From NCBI GenBank assembly GCA_903855705.1, contig CAINZT010000103.1:1105-65104 (forward strand): a stretch of DNA of 64,000 nucleotides. Direction: 5' to 3'. Shown here piece after piece: positions 27,583 to 36,759 of the stretch. The notes under the pieces are model-generated. The model worked only from the letters and a program-made list of their open reading frames with translations. It was not told where the DNA came from and made no database searches. Made by a program: the position numbers and the translations under genes. Numbering within the stretch: position 1 is the stretch's first letter; each line of letters begins with the position of its first letter. The DNA is from an uncultured Synechococcus sp. (GTDB taxonomy: Bacteria > Cyanobacteriota > Cyanobacteriia > PCC-6307 > Cyanobiaceae).

Positions 27583-28212
27583 CTACCCACTAGTGCGGCG
27601 ACGGCCGCGGGTGGCTGGGGCCAGCAGCGCCGCCAGTCGCACCGATTCGGCCCCATCAGCCAGGCGCCATTGGCCGGGGGCCAACCCGACGAGGCCCAGG
27701 GGATCGCCGCCATCCATCAGATCAATCGCAACTCGAATCAGCCGCAGGGTGGGCAGACCAACGGCCGCCGTCATGCGCCGCACCTGGCGGTTGCGCCCCT
27801 CGCGCAGCTCCAGCTCCAGCCAGGCGGTCGGCACCTGCAACCGGTGACGAATCGGCGGCTGGCGTTCCGCGATCGCCGCCGCCTCGAGTTCCGCCGGTTC
27901 AAGCGTGCGGGCCCGGGCCTGCAGGGTTGGCCGACCTTGGATCAAGAGCCCCTGACGCAGGGCCGCCAGCGCTTCCTGGGTGGGCATCCCCTCCACCTGG
28001 ACCCAGTAACGGCGCCAATGGCCCCAGGCCGGATCGGTGAGCCGGTGTTGCAGCCGGCCGTTGTCCGTTAACAGCAACAGGCCCTCGCTATCGGCATCGA
28101 GGCGGCCGGCTGCATAAATCCCAGGAACCTGGATGTGGTCGGCCAGGCAGCCCCAGCGACTCCCCGCCTCGGGGGTGAACTGGCTGAGCAGCCCGTAGGG
28201 CTTGTGGAACAA
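27583..28212 (-). CDS. pseudouridine synthase, RsuA/RluE family
   Basis: LFHKPYGLLSQF and the catalytic-Asp motif AAGRLDADSEGLLLLTDNG, plus REGRNRQVRRM. The start codon is non-ATG (TTG 28212, with CTG candidates up to 28233). Confidence 0.85.
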   Translation of the reverse strand: MFHKPYGLLSQFTPEAGSRWGCLADHIQVPGIYAAGRLDADSEGLLLLTDNGRLQHRLTDPAWGHWRRYWVQVEGMPTQEALAALRQGLLIQGRPTLQARARTLEPAELEAAAIAERQPPIRHRLQVPTAWLELELREGRNRQVRRMTAAVGLPTLRLIRVAIDLMDGGDPLGLVGLAPGQWRLADGAESVRLAALLAPATRGRRRTSG

Positions 28213-28481
28213 CAGGGTGGTCAGGGGCTCCAGGGGGGCTGGGGTTCAGGAAGCCTGGCGGGCCTTCCAAAGGTTGACGGCACCGATGCAGATCAATAAC
28301 AGGCCCAGGTCCATCGACAGCGGAGGCAGGATCATCAAAGGAAGGGCCAGGCCGGCGCTAGGGATAGTGGCGTGACCCTAGGCGCCAGTCCCAAGCTGCG
28401 GGGATGGGTTTCTCCCACCTGTCCGGGAATGGCGCCGCCTAAGGTGGATGGTGCAGTTCGAAATGGTCCTAGCGGCAGCGC

Positions 28482-28751
28482 ATGATCGAGACATCCGGCG
28501 TGATCGAGAAGGAGCAGGGCAACGGGTTTTACCTGGTGACGCTCGAGCAGCCGGCCGGTCACCAGTGCCTCTGCCGGGCGGCGGGCAAACTGACGAAATT
28601 CCGCATCAAGCTGCTGGCGGGCGACAAGGTGTTGGTGGAAATCAGCCCCTACGACCTGACCCGCGGCCGCATTACCTATCGGGAGCGCAATGCAGGCGCC
28701 ACCGGTCCCCGTCCCGGCGGCAACAGGCCCGGCGGTCCCCGCCGCCGTTGA
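28482..28751 (+). CDS. infA: translation initiation factor IF-1
   Basis: S1-like core GVIEKEQGNGFYLVTL...CRAAGKLTKFRIKLLAGDKVLVEISPYDLTRGRITYR, with a Gly/Pro/Arg-rich ~18-aa tail. Confidence 0.92.
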   Translation: MIETSGVIEKEQGNGFYLVTLEQPAGHQCLCRAAGKLTKFRIKLLAGDKVLVEISPYDLTRGRITYRERNAGATGPRPGGNRPGGPRRR

Positions 28752-28936
28752 GCTGGCGGCCCTAGCAAGCAGGCTGGTCCTGGAAGTGCTGGCTTGGATA
28801 CTGGGACGAATGCCCTCAGGGCTATAAAAACCAGCGCCCTAGGCCGAATCAGCCCAGGGTTAGGTCGTGGAGCGCTTAAGCCCCAGGCCTAGGCCCCCAC
28901 CCCAAGGCCGGGGTAGGGGCACCAGCGGCTCCAGCC

Positions 28937-30331
28937 CTACAGCAGGGCCTCTATCGCAGCTTTGAATTCGCTGCGCTGCTTCACGCCTTTGAACTGCTGC
29001 TTGAGTTCCTTACGGAAGAACAGCTGCACCGTTGGGGTACCGGTCACACCGGCTTGCTCGGCAATCGCCTGGTCGGCCTCAATATCGATCTCCACCCCTT
29101 GGGCGGCGCCAGCGAAGTCTTGGAGCACCCGCTTGAGCTGGGGCTTGAGCACATGGCAGGGGCCGCAGCTGGGCGACGAATAGACCACCAGCAGGGGCTT
29201 CTCGCAATCGTGGTAGAGCTTGCGCAGGGCGTAGCTGCCCTTCTGCCACAGGGCTGAGGGGTCGTAGTTGGCCTCATCGCTGATCGCCGTGCGCACCGGC
29301 TCTCCGGCCGGAGCCGGATCAACCGGGTCGTGGCTGACGGTGACCGCCAGGTCGTTGTGGGTGAGCCAGCGTTCCGCCGCCAGGGCCGCCTGGCAGCCAC
29401 TGCCGGCGGCCGTGATCCCCTGGCGCCATTCGGTATCGGCCACATCACCGGCGGCAAACACCCCCTCAACACTGGTTTCGGGCCGGCCGGAGCGCACCTG
29501 CACGTAGCCCTGGCCATCCAGCTCGATCTGGCCAGCCACCAGGCCCGTATTGGGTGTGTGGCCGATTGCATAGAAGAGGCCCTTCACGGCCAGGGTTTCG
29601 TCCTGGCCACTGGCCGTATCGCGCAGCTGAATCGTTTCGAGCCAGTCGCCTCCGGCCACATCGACCAAATCCCGGTTCCAGTGGACGCTGATGGCGGGGT
29701 TGGCCAGCACCCGATCGGCCATGGCCTTGCTGGCCCGCAGGGCATCGCGGCGCACAATCAGATGGACCTGGCTGCCGTATTTGGTGAGATAGACCGCTTC
29801 CTCACAGGCCGAATCGCCGCCGCCGACCACGGCCAGTTCGGCGTTACGGAACTGGGGGGTGGCACCATCGCAAATGGCGCAGGCACTGATGCCCCGGGTC
29901 CAGAAGTCCTGTTCATGGGGCAGGCCCAGCCGGTTGGCCCTGGCGCCAGTGGCCAGGATCAGGGCCTGGGTTTCGATCACCTGGCCCTCGACGCTGAGGC
30001 GATAGGGCCGTTGGCCCAGGTCAATGGAATCGGCGTCAGCCTCGATCAGGCGGGTGCCCCAGCGCACGGCCTGGGCCCGCATCCGGTCCATCAGGTCGGG
30101 GCCCAGGATCCCATCGGGGAAGCCGGGGAAATTTTCCACATCGGTGGTGGTCATCAACTGGCCGCCGGCAATGCCTCCCGCCTGGAAACCTGTGATCAGA
30201 AGGGGGCTGAGGTTGGCCCGGGCGGCATAGATGGCGGCGGTATAGCCAGCGGGCCCGGAGCCGACGATGACCAGGTTTTCCGGGGCGACCTGGGGGGCAG
30301 CGGCAGGGACCATCGGGTAAAGCGGACTCAC
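28937..30331 (-). CDS. NADPH-thioredoxin reductase C (TrxB-Trx fusion, NTRC)
   Basis: FAD motif [18 protein letters not shown], redox CAICDG, NADPH motif [12 protein letters not shown], and a C-terminal thioredoxin module with SCGPCH. Confidence 0.9.
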   Translation of the reverse strand: MSPLYPMVPAAAPQVAPENLVIVGSGPAGYTAAIYAARANLSPLLITGFQAGGIAGGQLMTTTDVENFPGFPDGILGPDLMDRMRAQAVRWGTRLIEADADSIDLGQRPYRLSVEGQVIETQALILATGARANRLGLPHEQDFWTRGISACAICDGATPQFRNAELAVVGGGDSACEEAVYLTKYGSQVHLIVRRDALRASKAMADRVLANPAISVHWNRDLVDVAGGDWLETIQLRDTASGQDETLAVKGLFYAIGHTPNTGLVAGQIELDGQGYVQVRSGRPETSVEGVFAAGDVADTEWRQGITAAGSGCQAALAAERWLTHNDLAVTVSHDPVDPAPAGEPVRTAISDEANYDPSALWQKGSYALRKLYHDCEKPLLVVYSSPSCGPCHVLKPQLKRVLQDFAGAAQGVEIDIEADQAIAEQAGVTGTPTVQLFFRKELKQQFKGVKQRSEFKAAIEALL

Positions 30332-30347
30332 TTCGCCTTGAATCTAG

Positions 30348-30373
30348 GGCTCCCAGCCTCAAGGTTGGGAGCC
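30348..30373 (-). promoter_or_regulatory. 5'-UTR hairpin immediately upstream of the NTRC start
   Basis: 11-bp stem GGCTCCCAGCC / GGTTGGGAGCC (one G-U pair) with a 4-nt loop, 17 nt from ATG 30331. There is no T-run, so it is not a classic terminator. Confidence 0.35.
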
Positions 30374-30472
30374 AGGGGCCCTAGGGGCAGATCCGGGAGC
30401 TCAGCCCAGGAGCGGGGGGCCAGGGAATACGGCGATTTGGGCGCGGAACCGCAGCAAATCCGAAGAAATGCT

Positions 30473-30751
30473 TTAAAATTCGATTCGTCCGTCCGACTCC
30501 CTGCCCCGCCAGTCCCGCAGTCCATCGCCCGTCGGGCGATCGGCCAGGGGATCCCCTGGTAAGGCCCTAGGAACCATCAACACCGATTCAGCTAGGAGCT
30601 CTGGCTGGTCATCCAGGCAGAGGATCCACTCCCGAAACTCCTGGGTTAGGGCGTAGCTGTCCTCATAGCGCTCGCGGGCGTCCAGGTTGGCAATACGCGC
30701 TACAGACCAGTTCATCGCCACCGAGAGGCGCCGCTGGATCGAACCGTGCAT
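30473..30751 (-). CDS. hypothetical protein (92 aa)
   Basis: Intact ATG ORF with protein-like composition (…ARERYEDSYALTQEFREWILCLDDQPELLAES…). No motif recognised. Confidence 0.45.
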   Translation of the reverse strand: MHGSIQRRLSVAMNWSVARIANLDARERYEDSYALTQEFREWILCLDDQPELLAESVLMVPRALPGDPLADRPTGDGLRDWRGRESDGRIEF

Positions 30752-30846
30752 GATTCAGCTCCGTTAGGGCCACGCTGGTCGACACAGGGCCGGGCCAGGG
30801 CGGCAAGTTCGCAGAAGTTCGCATTTTTTCTGGAATCAGACTGTAA

Positions 30847-32316
30847 TCACGGCTGCAGCAGAAAGTTCGGCAGTTGGGGACCGCGCAGACGAATCAGCTC
30901 TCCAGCTCCGTCGGCCATGGCCTCTAAGGGCAGCCCAGGCGCCCGTCCCCAGCCCTGGGGTTCGGCATCTTCCCCTAACCCAGGCCTGGTACGCAGCAGA
31001 TAGGGCTCACTGATCGTCCAGCTGCGGGCGTATTGCATCAGCAGCGGGTCCGCTGGGGCGAACACATAGGAGGGATGGCGGGGCACGGATTCCAGCTGGC
31101 TGCGATGTCCATCCATGCGCACCGCCCGGGTGATCGCTTGAACAAAGCGGCTACGGGTCACCACTGTTGTGAGATAGGCCACGACCCGCAGCCGCGGCGC
31201 ATCGAAGCCCTCCGAGGCCATGTCGATACTCACCAGCCAGTCGGCACGGCCGTTCTGGAAATCGGCCAGCCGGCTGGCGGCCTCCGGGTCCTGGGAATGG
31301 ACCAGCAGCACCTGGTCTCCCTCTTCGACCAGCAGCTGGCCGAGGCGGCGGGCGTGGGCGATGTCGCGGGCAATCACAATGCCGCCGGCGCCCGGATGGT
31401 GGCGTCGCACCATCTCCAAGCGTTTGCGGGCGTTGAGCAGCACCCGCAGGGCGATGCTGCTGCCATCGCCAAGGCGGATGGCCCGGCGCAGGTTGCGGGC
31501 CCGCCAGCTTTCCCGTTCCTCGGCGGACAGGGGCGAGCGTTCCAGGTCGGGATTGGTGCCCTCCTGGCGGCCGTGGTCGATCCAGCCATCTTGAAAGCGG
31601 AATTCCAGGGGCCGCACATCGCCTGCGGCGATCAACTGACGCGGTTCCACGCTCAGGTCCGGCGCTATCAGCTCAACCAGGGCGCCGGCCTCCTCCACCT
31701 GGATGCGGCGGGCGGAGCAAAAGCCCAGGTTGTCAGCCCGAAAAGGGGTGCCGGTGAGGCCCAGGCGCAGGCTGGCCCCGGCCGTTAAGGCGCTGAAGGT
31801 CTGGCCCCAGGCGCTGGCCTCCGGTTCTTCCGGATCGAGGCCCAGGTGGTGCACCTCATCGGCAATCGCCAGCCAGGCGCCAAGCTCGGCGCCGGCCAGC
31901 TGCTCCTGCAGGGCCGCCTGGTTGCGGCTGGCCGCCTGGTAGGTCAGCAGCAGGCCTTGCCAGGGGCCAGGGCTTTCGCTTGGCAGATCCAAAGGGGAGG
32001 CAGGGTCCCAGTCGCGCAGCTCCAAACCGAGGCGACTGGCGGCCAGGCGCCATTGGCTGGCGATCGAACTGCGGTGGGTGAACACCACAAACCGCTGCAG
32101 CCGCCCATCGCTAGCGAGGGCTTGATACCCCAATAGGGCGCCGAGGGTTTTACCGGCTCCAGGACCGGCGTGGATCAGCACGTCTTGGCCGCCGGGGTCC
32201 TGGCGCTCCAGGCGGCGGCGCAACAACTGGATGAGCTGGCTCTGCCACTGGCGCGGCCGCGGCGACTGGGCTCCCTTGGCGGGGCCGGAAACCAGGGTGA
32301 AGGACGGTGCTGCCAT
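30847..32316 (-). CDS. superfamily-2 DEAD/DEAH-box helicase (Res-subunit-like)
   Basis: Walker A HAGPGAGKTLGA, motif II ADEVHHLG, TGTPFR, and a C-terminal helicase lobe (IVIARDIAHA...SIDMASEGFDAPRL...QAITRAVR). Confidence 0.8.
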   Translation of the reverse strand: MAAPSFTLVSGPAKGAQSPRPRQWQSQLIQLLRRRLERQDPGGQDVLIHAGPGAGKTLGALLGYQALASDGRLQRFVVFTHRSSIASQWRLAASRLGLELRDWDPASPLDLPSESPGPWQGLLLTYQAASRNQAALQEQLAGAELGAWLAIADEVHHLGLDPEEPEASAWGQTFSALTAGASLRLGLTGTPFRADNLGFCSARRIQVEEAGALVELIAPDLSVEPRQLIAAGDVRPLEFRFQDGWIDHGRQEGTNPDLERSPLSAEERESWRARNLRRAIRLGDGSSIALRVLLNARKRLEMVRRHHPGAGGIVIARDIAHARRLGQLLVEEGDQVLLVHSQDPEAASRLADFQNGRADWLVSIDMASEGFDAPRLRVVAYLTTVVTRSRFVQAITRAVRMDGHRSQLESVPRHPSYVFAPADPLLMQYARSWTISEPYLLRTRPGLGEDAEPQGWGRAPGLPLEAMADGAGELIRLRGPQLPNFLLQP

Positions 32317-32471
32317 GGCGCCATTGTGTCCCCGCCCCTCGAATCGGCATCCGGACTGCAGATTGGAGCCTTGATTGCAGCAAACAATGGGTGTTTTGGC
32401 CCATTCCCAATCGAGCCAGGCTATTTAGTTTCAAGCCATCAGCCAGCTTCAGGGTCTTGCCCTGCCGGCCC

Positions 32472-32648
32472 ATGGATGCCTGCTTCCCCTTCTCTTTCGC
32501 GGTGGACCATTGGCGCGAGCGTTTCGAGCACGCTTGGCAGCAGGATTGCGACATTGATCCGATCATCCTGCGCACCCGCCTGTTGCGCTTACAGGGCCGC
32601 TGGCAACAGGCACGCTGCCTAGATCAGGAGTTGCTGCCCTATTTCTGA
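32472..32648 (+). CDS. possible small protein (58 aa)
   Basis: The ATG 32472 ORF gives MDACFPFSFAVDHWRERFEHAWQQDCDIDPIILRTRLLRLQGRWQQARCLDQELLPYF. The longer track ORF overlaps the helicase start. Support is composition only. Confidence 0.3.
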   Translation: MDACFPFSFAVDHWRERFEHAWQQDCDIDPIILRTRLLRLQGRWQQARCLDQELLPYF

Positions 32649-32691
32649 AGGGGCTGTTGGCATCAAGCGAAGCGGGGTCCCTGGCATGAAC

Positions 32692-32721
32692 CAAACAAAA
32701 ACCCAGGCTCTCGCCTGGGTT
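32692..32721 (-). terminator. rho-independent terminator (minus strand)
   Basis: 9-bp perfect stem AACCCAGGC / GCCTGGGTT (32700-32708 / 32713-32721) with loop TCTC, followed on the minus strand by TTTTTGTTT. Confidence 0.6.
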
Positions 32722-32960
32722 GGCAAAGCTCAATACATTAGAAGCGATTTCTAAGCACTATCATTACCATCAAAACCAGCCAATAGGCCCTAGGCCAGGG
32801 TTGCCCTAAGCCGTTGAGCAGGATCACCAGCTTGGCCATGCACGACCAAGCTGAATAACCACTCAAAAGCACTCTTTATCGCCTTCTCTTCGATAGTCGG
32901 TTGGTATAATCAATAGGCGCCGATAGCAAGCTTGGAAATGGCTTTGGCGCCCTGGGTTGT

Positions 32961-33542
32961 TCAACCGATCGCTTCGGTGTGGTTAACCAAGAGGTGCTGC
33001 ACCTCATCAACCCCTTCGCTCGCAACCTGGCGGGCCAGATCCTGGGTGGCACCTGCGGTTTCGATCAACACGGCGGCCATGCGCTCAACCAGGGCCTGGC
33101 GTTGGCTGGTGAGGTGGCTGATCAGTTCCTGCTCAATCAGGTGGCGCACAGCCTTACCCCGCAGGCCGTTCTGGTCGGCTTCGGCCAGGGTGCCTTGCAC
33201 GAGCTCCTTGACGAACAGGCGCTGCACTTCGGTGCTGCGCAGGAAGCTTTCCATCGCATTGATGGCCCCGTCCACGACGGTGCGCTCCACTTCGGCGGGT
33301 TCCTCGTTGAGCTTGAACTCCCAGTCGAGGTGACGGCGCTGCCAGCCCTGCTGCTGCAGGTTAGGCATCACCGTTTGGCAGAAACTATCAACAGAAATTT
33401 CATAGACCCGTTCTGCCAGGCGCTCGCACCAATCGGAGCCGTGGGCGTGCAGGTTGTCGCGCAGAACTTCGCGCACCACCGCATGGCCGCCGTGGTGACT
33501 GTGGCAGACGCCATCGGGGCATTCGACCGCCGTGATCGCCAT
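32961..33542 (-). CDS. hypothetical protein with Cys/His-rich N-terminus (193 aa)
   Basis: ATG 33542 gives MAITAVECPDGVCHSHHGGHAVV...HAHGSDWCERL..., and the remainder looks helical. The longer track ORF overlaps the pntA upstream region. Confidence 0.55.
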   Translation of the reverse strand: MAITAVECPDGVCHSHHGGHAVVREVLRDNLHAHGSDWCERLAERVYEISVDSFCQTVMPNLQQQGWQRRHLDWEFKLNEEPAEVERTVVDGAINAMESFLRSTEVQRLFVKELVQGTLAEADQNGLRGKAVRHLIEQELISHLTSQRQALVERMAAVLIETAGATQDLARQVASEGVDEVQHLLVNHTEAIG

Positions 33543-33675
33543 GGGAATAGGGACGCAAAGAACAGACCATGGCCTAGCCAGGCCCCGAACTCTGGGCAAC
33601 AGGGCAAGGGCCAGTAGGGGCAATTGTGCTGGTCTGCGCACAATTGAGCTGGATCGCTTGTCTTGTCAGGAGCGA

Positions 33676-34884
33676 ATGACGATCACTGAATGGACAGCTC
33701 AAGGAGAGCTTGGTTTGACGACTGTGTTAGTTGCCCGCGAACGGCGGGCTGGTGAAACGCGGGTGGCGGCCACACCGGAAACGGTGAAACGGCTGGTCGG
33801 CCTGGGCTGCAGCGTGCAGGTGGAGCAGGGGGCCGGCATGGCCGCCGGTTACCCGGATGGCGCCTATGGCGACGCCGGGGCCGAGCTCTTCGATGGCACC
33901 GCTGGCGAGGCAACCGATCGCTGGGCCGGGGCCGATGTGCTCCTGGCCGTCCAGGCCCCCCAGGCCGGCGCCGGGGCTGGCCTGGCCCAGCTGCGGCCGG
34001 GCGCCTTGGTGATGGGGCTGCTTGATCCCTTTGCCAACCGGGACCTGATCGGCACCCTGCTGGAACGCAAGCACTCGGCCATTGCCTTGGAGCTGCTGCC
34101 CCGCATCAGCCGGGCCCAGGCCATGGATGCCCTTTCCTCCCAGGCCAACATCGCCGGTTACAAGGCCGCCCTCCAGGCCGCTGCGGCCCTGGATCGCTTC
34201 TTCCCGATGCTGATGACCGCCGCCGGCACGGTGCAACCGGCCAAGGTGGTGGTGCTTGGGGCCGGCGTGGCGGGCCTGCAGGCGGTAGCCACGGCCCGCA
34301 GGCTCGGAGCCCTGGTCAAGGTCAGCGATGTGCGTCCGGCCGCCCGGGAACAGGTGGAATCCCTCGGCGCCCGCTTTATTGAACCGCCGGTGATGGAGCA
34401 AAGCCCCGGCGAAGCCGGCGGCTACGCCAAGGAGGCGGGTGCCGTATTCCTCGAAGCCCAGCGCCAGCTGCTAGCTCCCCACCTAGCCGAGGCCGATGTG
34501 GTGATCACCACGGCCCTCGTGCCTGGGCGGCCAGCCCCCCTGCTGATCACCCGCGACATGCTCGGCCTGTTGCGGCCCGGTGCCGTGGTGATGGACCTCG
34601 CCGTGGCCCAGGGCGGCAACTGCGCCGCCAGCCAGCCGGACCAGGAAACTGTGGTGGAAGGCGTGCGCGTGATTGGCGCCGGCAACCTGCCGGCATCGGT
34701 GCCCTTCCATGCCAGCTCCCTCTACGCCCGCAACTTGGCGGCCCTGCTCGAGTACGTGCTCAAGCAAGGCGGCCTAGCCCAGCTCGATCCGGAGGATCCC
34801 CTGATCGATCCCTGCCTGATCACCCACCAGGGCCAGTGCCGGCGCGCCGACCTCAGCCCCGTGGGCCAGGAGGTGGCGGCATGA
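33676..34884 (+). CDS. pntA: NAD(P) transhydrogenase subunit alpha, part 1
   Basis: AlaDH/PNT-type domains (ERRAGETRVAATPETVKRL..., VVVLGAGVAGLQAVATARRLGA). AGGAG lies 4 nt upstream of ATG 33676. Confidence 0.9.
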   Translation: MTITEWTAQGELGLTTVLVARERRAGETRVAATPETVKRLVGLGCSVQVEQGAGMAAGYPDGAYGDAGAELFDGTAGEATDRWAGADVLLAVQAPQAGAGAGLAQLRPGALVMGLLDPFANRDLIGTLLERKHSAIALELLPRISRAQAMDALSSQANIAGYKAALQAAAALDRFFPMLMTAAGTVQPAKVVVLGAGVAGLQAVATARRLGALVKVSDVRPAAREQVESLGARFIEPPVMEQSPGEAGGYAKEAGAVFLEAQRQLLAPHLAEADVVITTALVPGRPAPLLITRDMLGLLRPGAVVMDLAVAQGGNCAASQPDQETVVEGVRVIGAGNLPASVPFHASSLYARNLAALLEYVLKQGGLAQLDPEDPLIDPCLITHQGQCRRADLSPVGQEVAA

Positions 34885-35177
34885 GCGACTTTTCCCTCAA
34901 CGAGGCCCTCTGGGTGTTGCTGCTCGGCAGCCTCCTCGGCTTCGAGCTGATCGGCAAGGTGCCCCCCACCCTGCACACACCGCTGATGTCCGGGGCAAAC
35001 GCCATCAGTGGCATCACCCTGCTGGCAGCCCTGGCCCTGATCGGCCAGGCCCCCTCACCGCCTTTACAAGCGCTTGGGGCCGTGGCCCTGGGCTTTGCCC
35101 TCTTCAACGTGATTGGTGGCTTCCTGGTCACCGACCGCATGCTCGCCATGTTCCGCCGCCGCGGAGGTGCCGCTTGA
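34881..35177 (+). CDS. NAD(P) transhydrogenase subunit alpha, part 2 (membrane)
   Basis: ATG 34881 overlaps the pntAA TGA (ATGA). 98 aa with 3 TM helices (PLMSGANAISGITLL), as expected for PntAB. Confidence 0.85.
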   Translation: MSDFSLNEALWVLLLGSLLGFELIGKVPPTLHTPLMSGANAISGITLLAALALIGQAPSPPLQALGAVALGFALFNVIGGFLVTDRMLAMFRRRGGAA

Positions 35178-36580
35178 ACCAGTTACTGCTTGATCTCAGC
35201 GCCGTCCTGCTGCTGGCCCTGGGCCTGCGGGGATTGGCCAAATTGCGCACCGCCCGCATGGCCAACGGCCTCGCCGCCCTGGCCATTGGCCTGGCGGTGG
35301 TGGGCCTGCTGGTCAGCCAAGGCCTAGCCGGCTGGCCCTGGATGCTGGGCGGCCTGGCCGTCGGTGGCGGCATTGGGGTGGTGCTGGCCCTGCGGGTGCC
35401 CATGACCGCCATGCCCGAAACCGTGGCCCTGTTCAACGGCTGTGGTGGCATGGCCTCCCTACTGGTGGCCCTCGGGGCCGTTGGCCTGCCCGGCCCCATG
35501 GGCCTGCTGGCGACCGTGTCGGTGTTGGCCTCCGTCTTGGTTGGGGCGATCACCTTTAGCGGTTCGCTGGTGGCCATGGCCAAGCTGCAGGAATGGCTGG
35601 ATACGCCTGCCTGGACCCAGCGCCAGGCCCGCCACGCCGTCAACATCACCCTGGCCGTGGCCTGCCTGGCCTGCTGCGTGGTGGTGGTGCAGGGCCAGCC
35701 CTGGGGCCTGGCGCCCTTGACGGTTTTGGCCCTGCTGCTGGGGATCGGCCTGACCCTGCCGATCGGCGGGGCCGACATGCCGGTGGTGATTTCCCTGCTC
35801 AACTCCTATTCCGGGGTGGCTGCTGCCGCCGCCGGCTTTGTGGTGGGCAGTGCCCTGCTGATCGTGGCAGGCGCCATGGTGGGCGCCGCCGGCCTAATCC
35901 TCACCCAGGTGATGTGCACGGCCATGAACCGCTCGCTCACCTCGGTGCTGTTTGGTGGGGCCCTGGGGGCCAGCGCTGGCGCCGGCGGTGGCGAAAAGAA
36001 AGAAGCGGAGTCGTACGGGCGCATCACCAGCTGCAGCGCCGAGGAATGCGCCATGGCCCTGGAGCAGGCCGAGCGGGTGGTGTTTGTGCCCGGCTACGGC
36101 CTGGCCGTGGCCCAGGCCCAGCACAGCCTGCGGGAACTGGCCCGCCTGCTCGAAGGCCATGGCGTGGAGGTGAGCTACGCGATTCATCCGGTGGCCGGCC
36201 GCATGCCCGGCCACATGAACGTGCTGCTGGCCGAAGCCGATGTGCCCTACGACCAGCTGGTCGAGATGGACGTGATCAACCCCGAGTTTCCGCGAACCGA
36301 TGTGGTGATCGTGCTCGGGGCCAATGACGTGGTGAATCCCCAGGCCAAAAATGACCCCAGCAGCCCCCTCTTTGGCATGCCCGTGCTCGAGGTGGACCAG
36401 GCCCGCTCGGTCTATGTGGTGAAGCGGGGCCTGGGAGCTGGCTACGCCGGCATCAAGAACGGCCTGTTCGAGCTGCCCCAGACCGCCATGGTCTTTGGCG
36501 ATGCCAAGGCCGTGCTCAATGGCCTGATCACCGAGCTGCGCGGCATGGGCGTGGGCAAAAAGGCCCTGGCGGCGGTTTGA
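35174..36580 (+). CDS. pntB: NAD(P) transhydrogenase subunit beta
   Basis: Polytopic N-terminal half and a C-terminal NADP(H) domain (VFVPGYGLAVAQAQH...HPVAGRMPGHMNVLLAEA...VLGANDVVNP). Overlaps the previous stop by 4 nt. Confidence 0.92.
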   Translation: MNQLLLDLSAVLLLALGLRGLAKLRTARMANGLAALAIGLAVVGLLVSQGLAGWPWMLGGLAVGGGIGVVLALRVPMTAMPETVALFNGCGGMASLLVALGAVGLPGPMGLLATVSVLASVLVGAITFSGSLVAMAKLQEWLDTPAWTQRQARHAVNITLAVACLACCVVVVQGQPWGLAPLTVLALLLGIGLTLPIGGADMPVVISLLNSYSGVAAAAAGFVVGSALLIVAGAMVGAAGLILTQVMCTAMNRSLTSVLFGGALGASAGAGGGEKKEAESYGRITSCSAEECAMALEQAERVVFVPGYGLAVAQAQHSLRELARLLEGHGVEVSYAIHPVAGRMPGHMNVLLAEADVPYDQLVEMDVINPEFPRTDVVIVLGANDVVNPQAKNDPSSPLFGMPVLEVDQARSVYVVKRGLGAGYAGIKNGLFELPQTAMVFGDAKAVLNGLITELRGMGVGKKALAAV

Positions 36581-36647
36581 GGCCCAGGGCCTCGGGCCGC
36601 TGAGCGGACGACGCCAGGCCTGTTGATCAGCTCATGTTGGATGGATT

Positions 36648-36682
36648 GGCGGTGCCTTTTCAAAGGCCGCCGCCTTTTTGAT
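36648..36682 (+). terminator. rho-independent terminator after pntB
   Basis: GGCGGTGCCTTT-TCA-AAGGCCGCCGCC imperfect hairpin followed by TTTTTGATTG. Confidence 0.6.
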
Positions 36683-36759
36683 TGACCAGGGATCCACTCC
36701 GCAGGACTGGCTCAGTGCGATCGCCCCCTCGCGGGGAGGGGCCTGGCCGGGTGAGCCCA

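Noticed and set aside
29330-30562. 410-aa plus-strand ORF antisense to NTRC
   Set aside because: The sense strand has complete TrxB and Trx motifs, and the antisense translation is Gly/Ala/His-rich noise.
35128-36327. 224-aa minus-strand and 244-aa plus-strand alternative-frame ORFs within pntB
   Set aside because: pntB is motif-verified in its own frame. The alternatives are Arg/Pro/Ala-rich.
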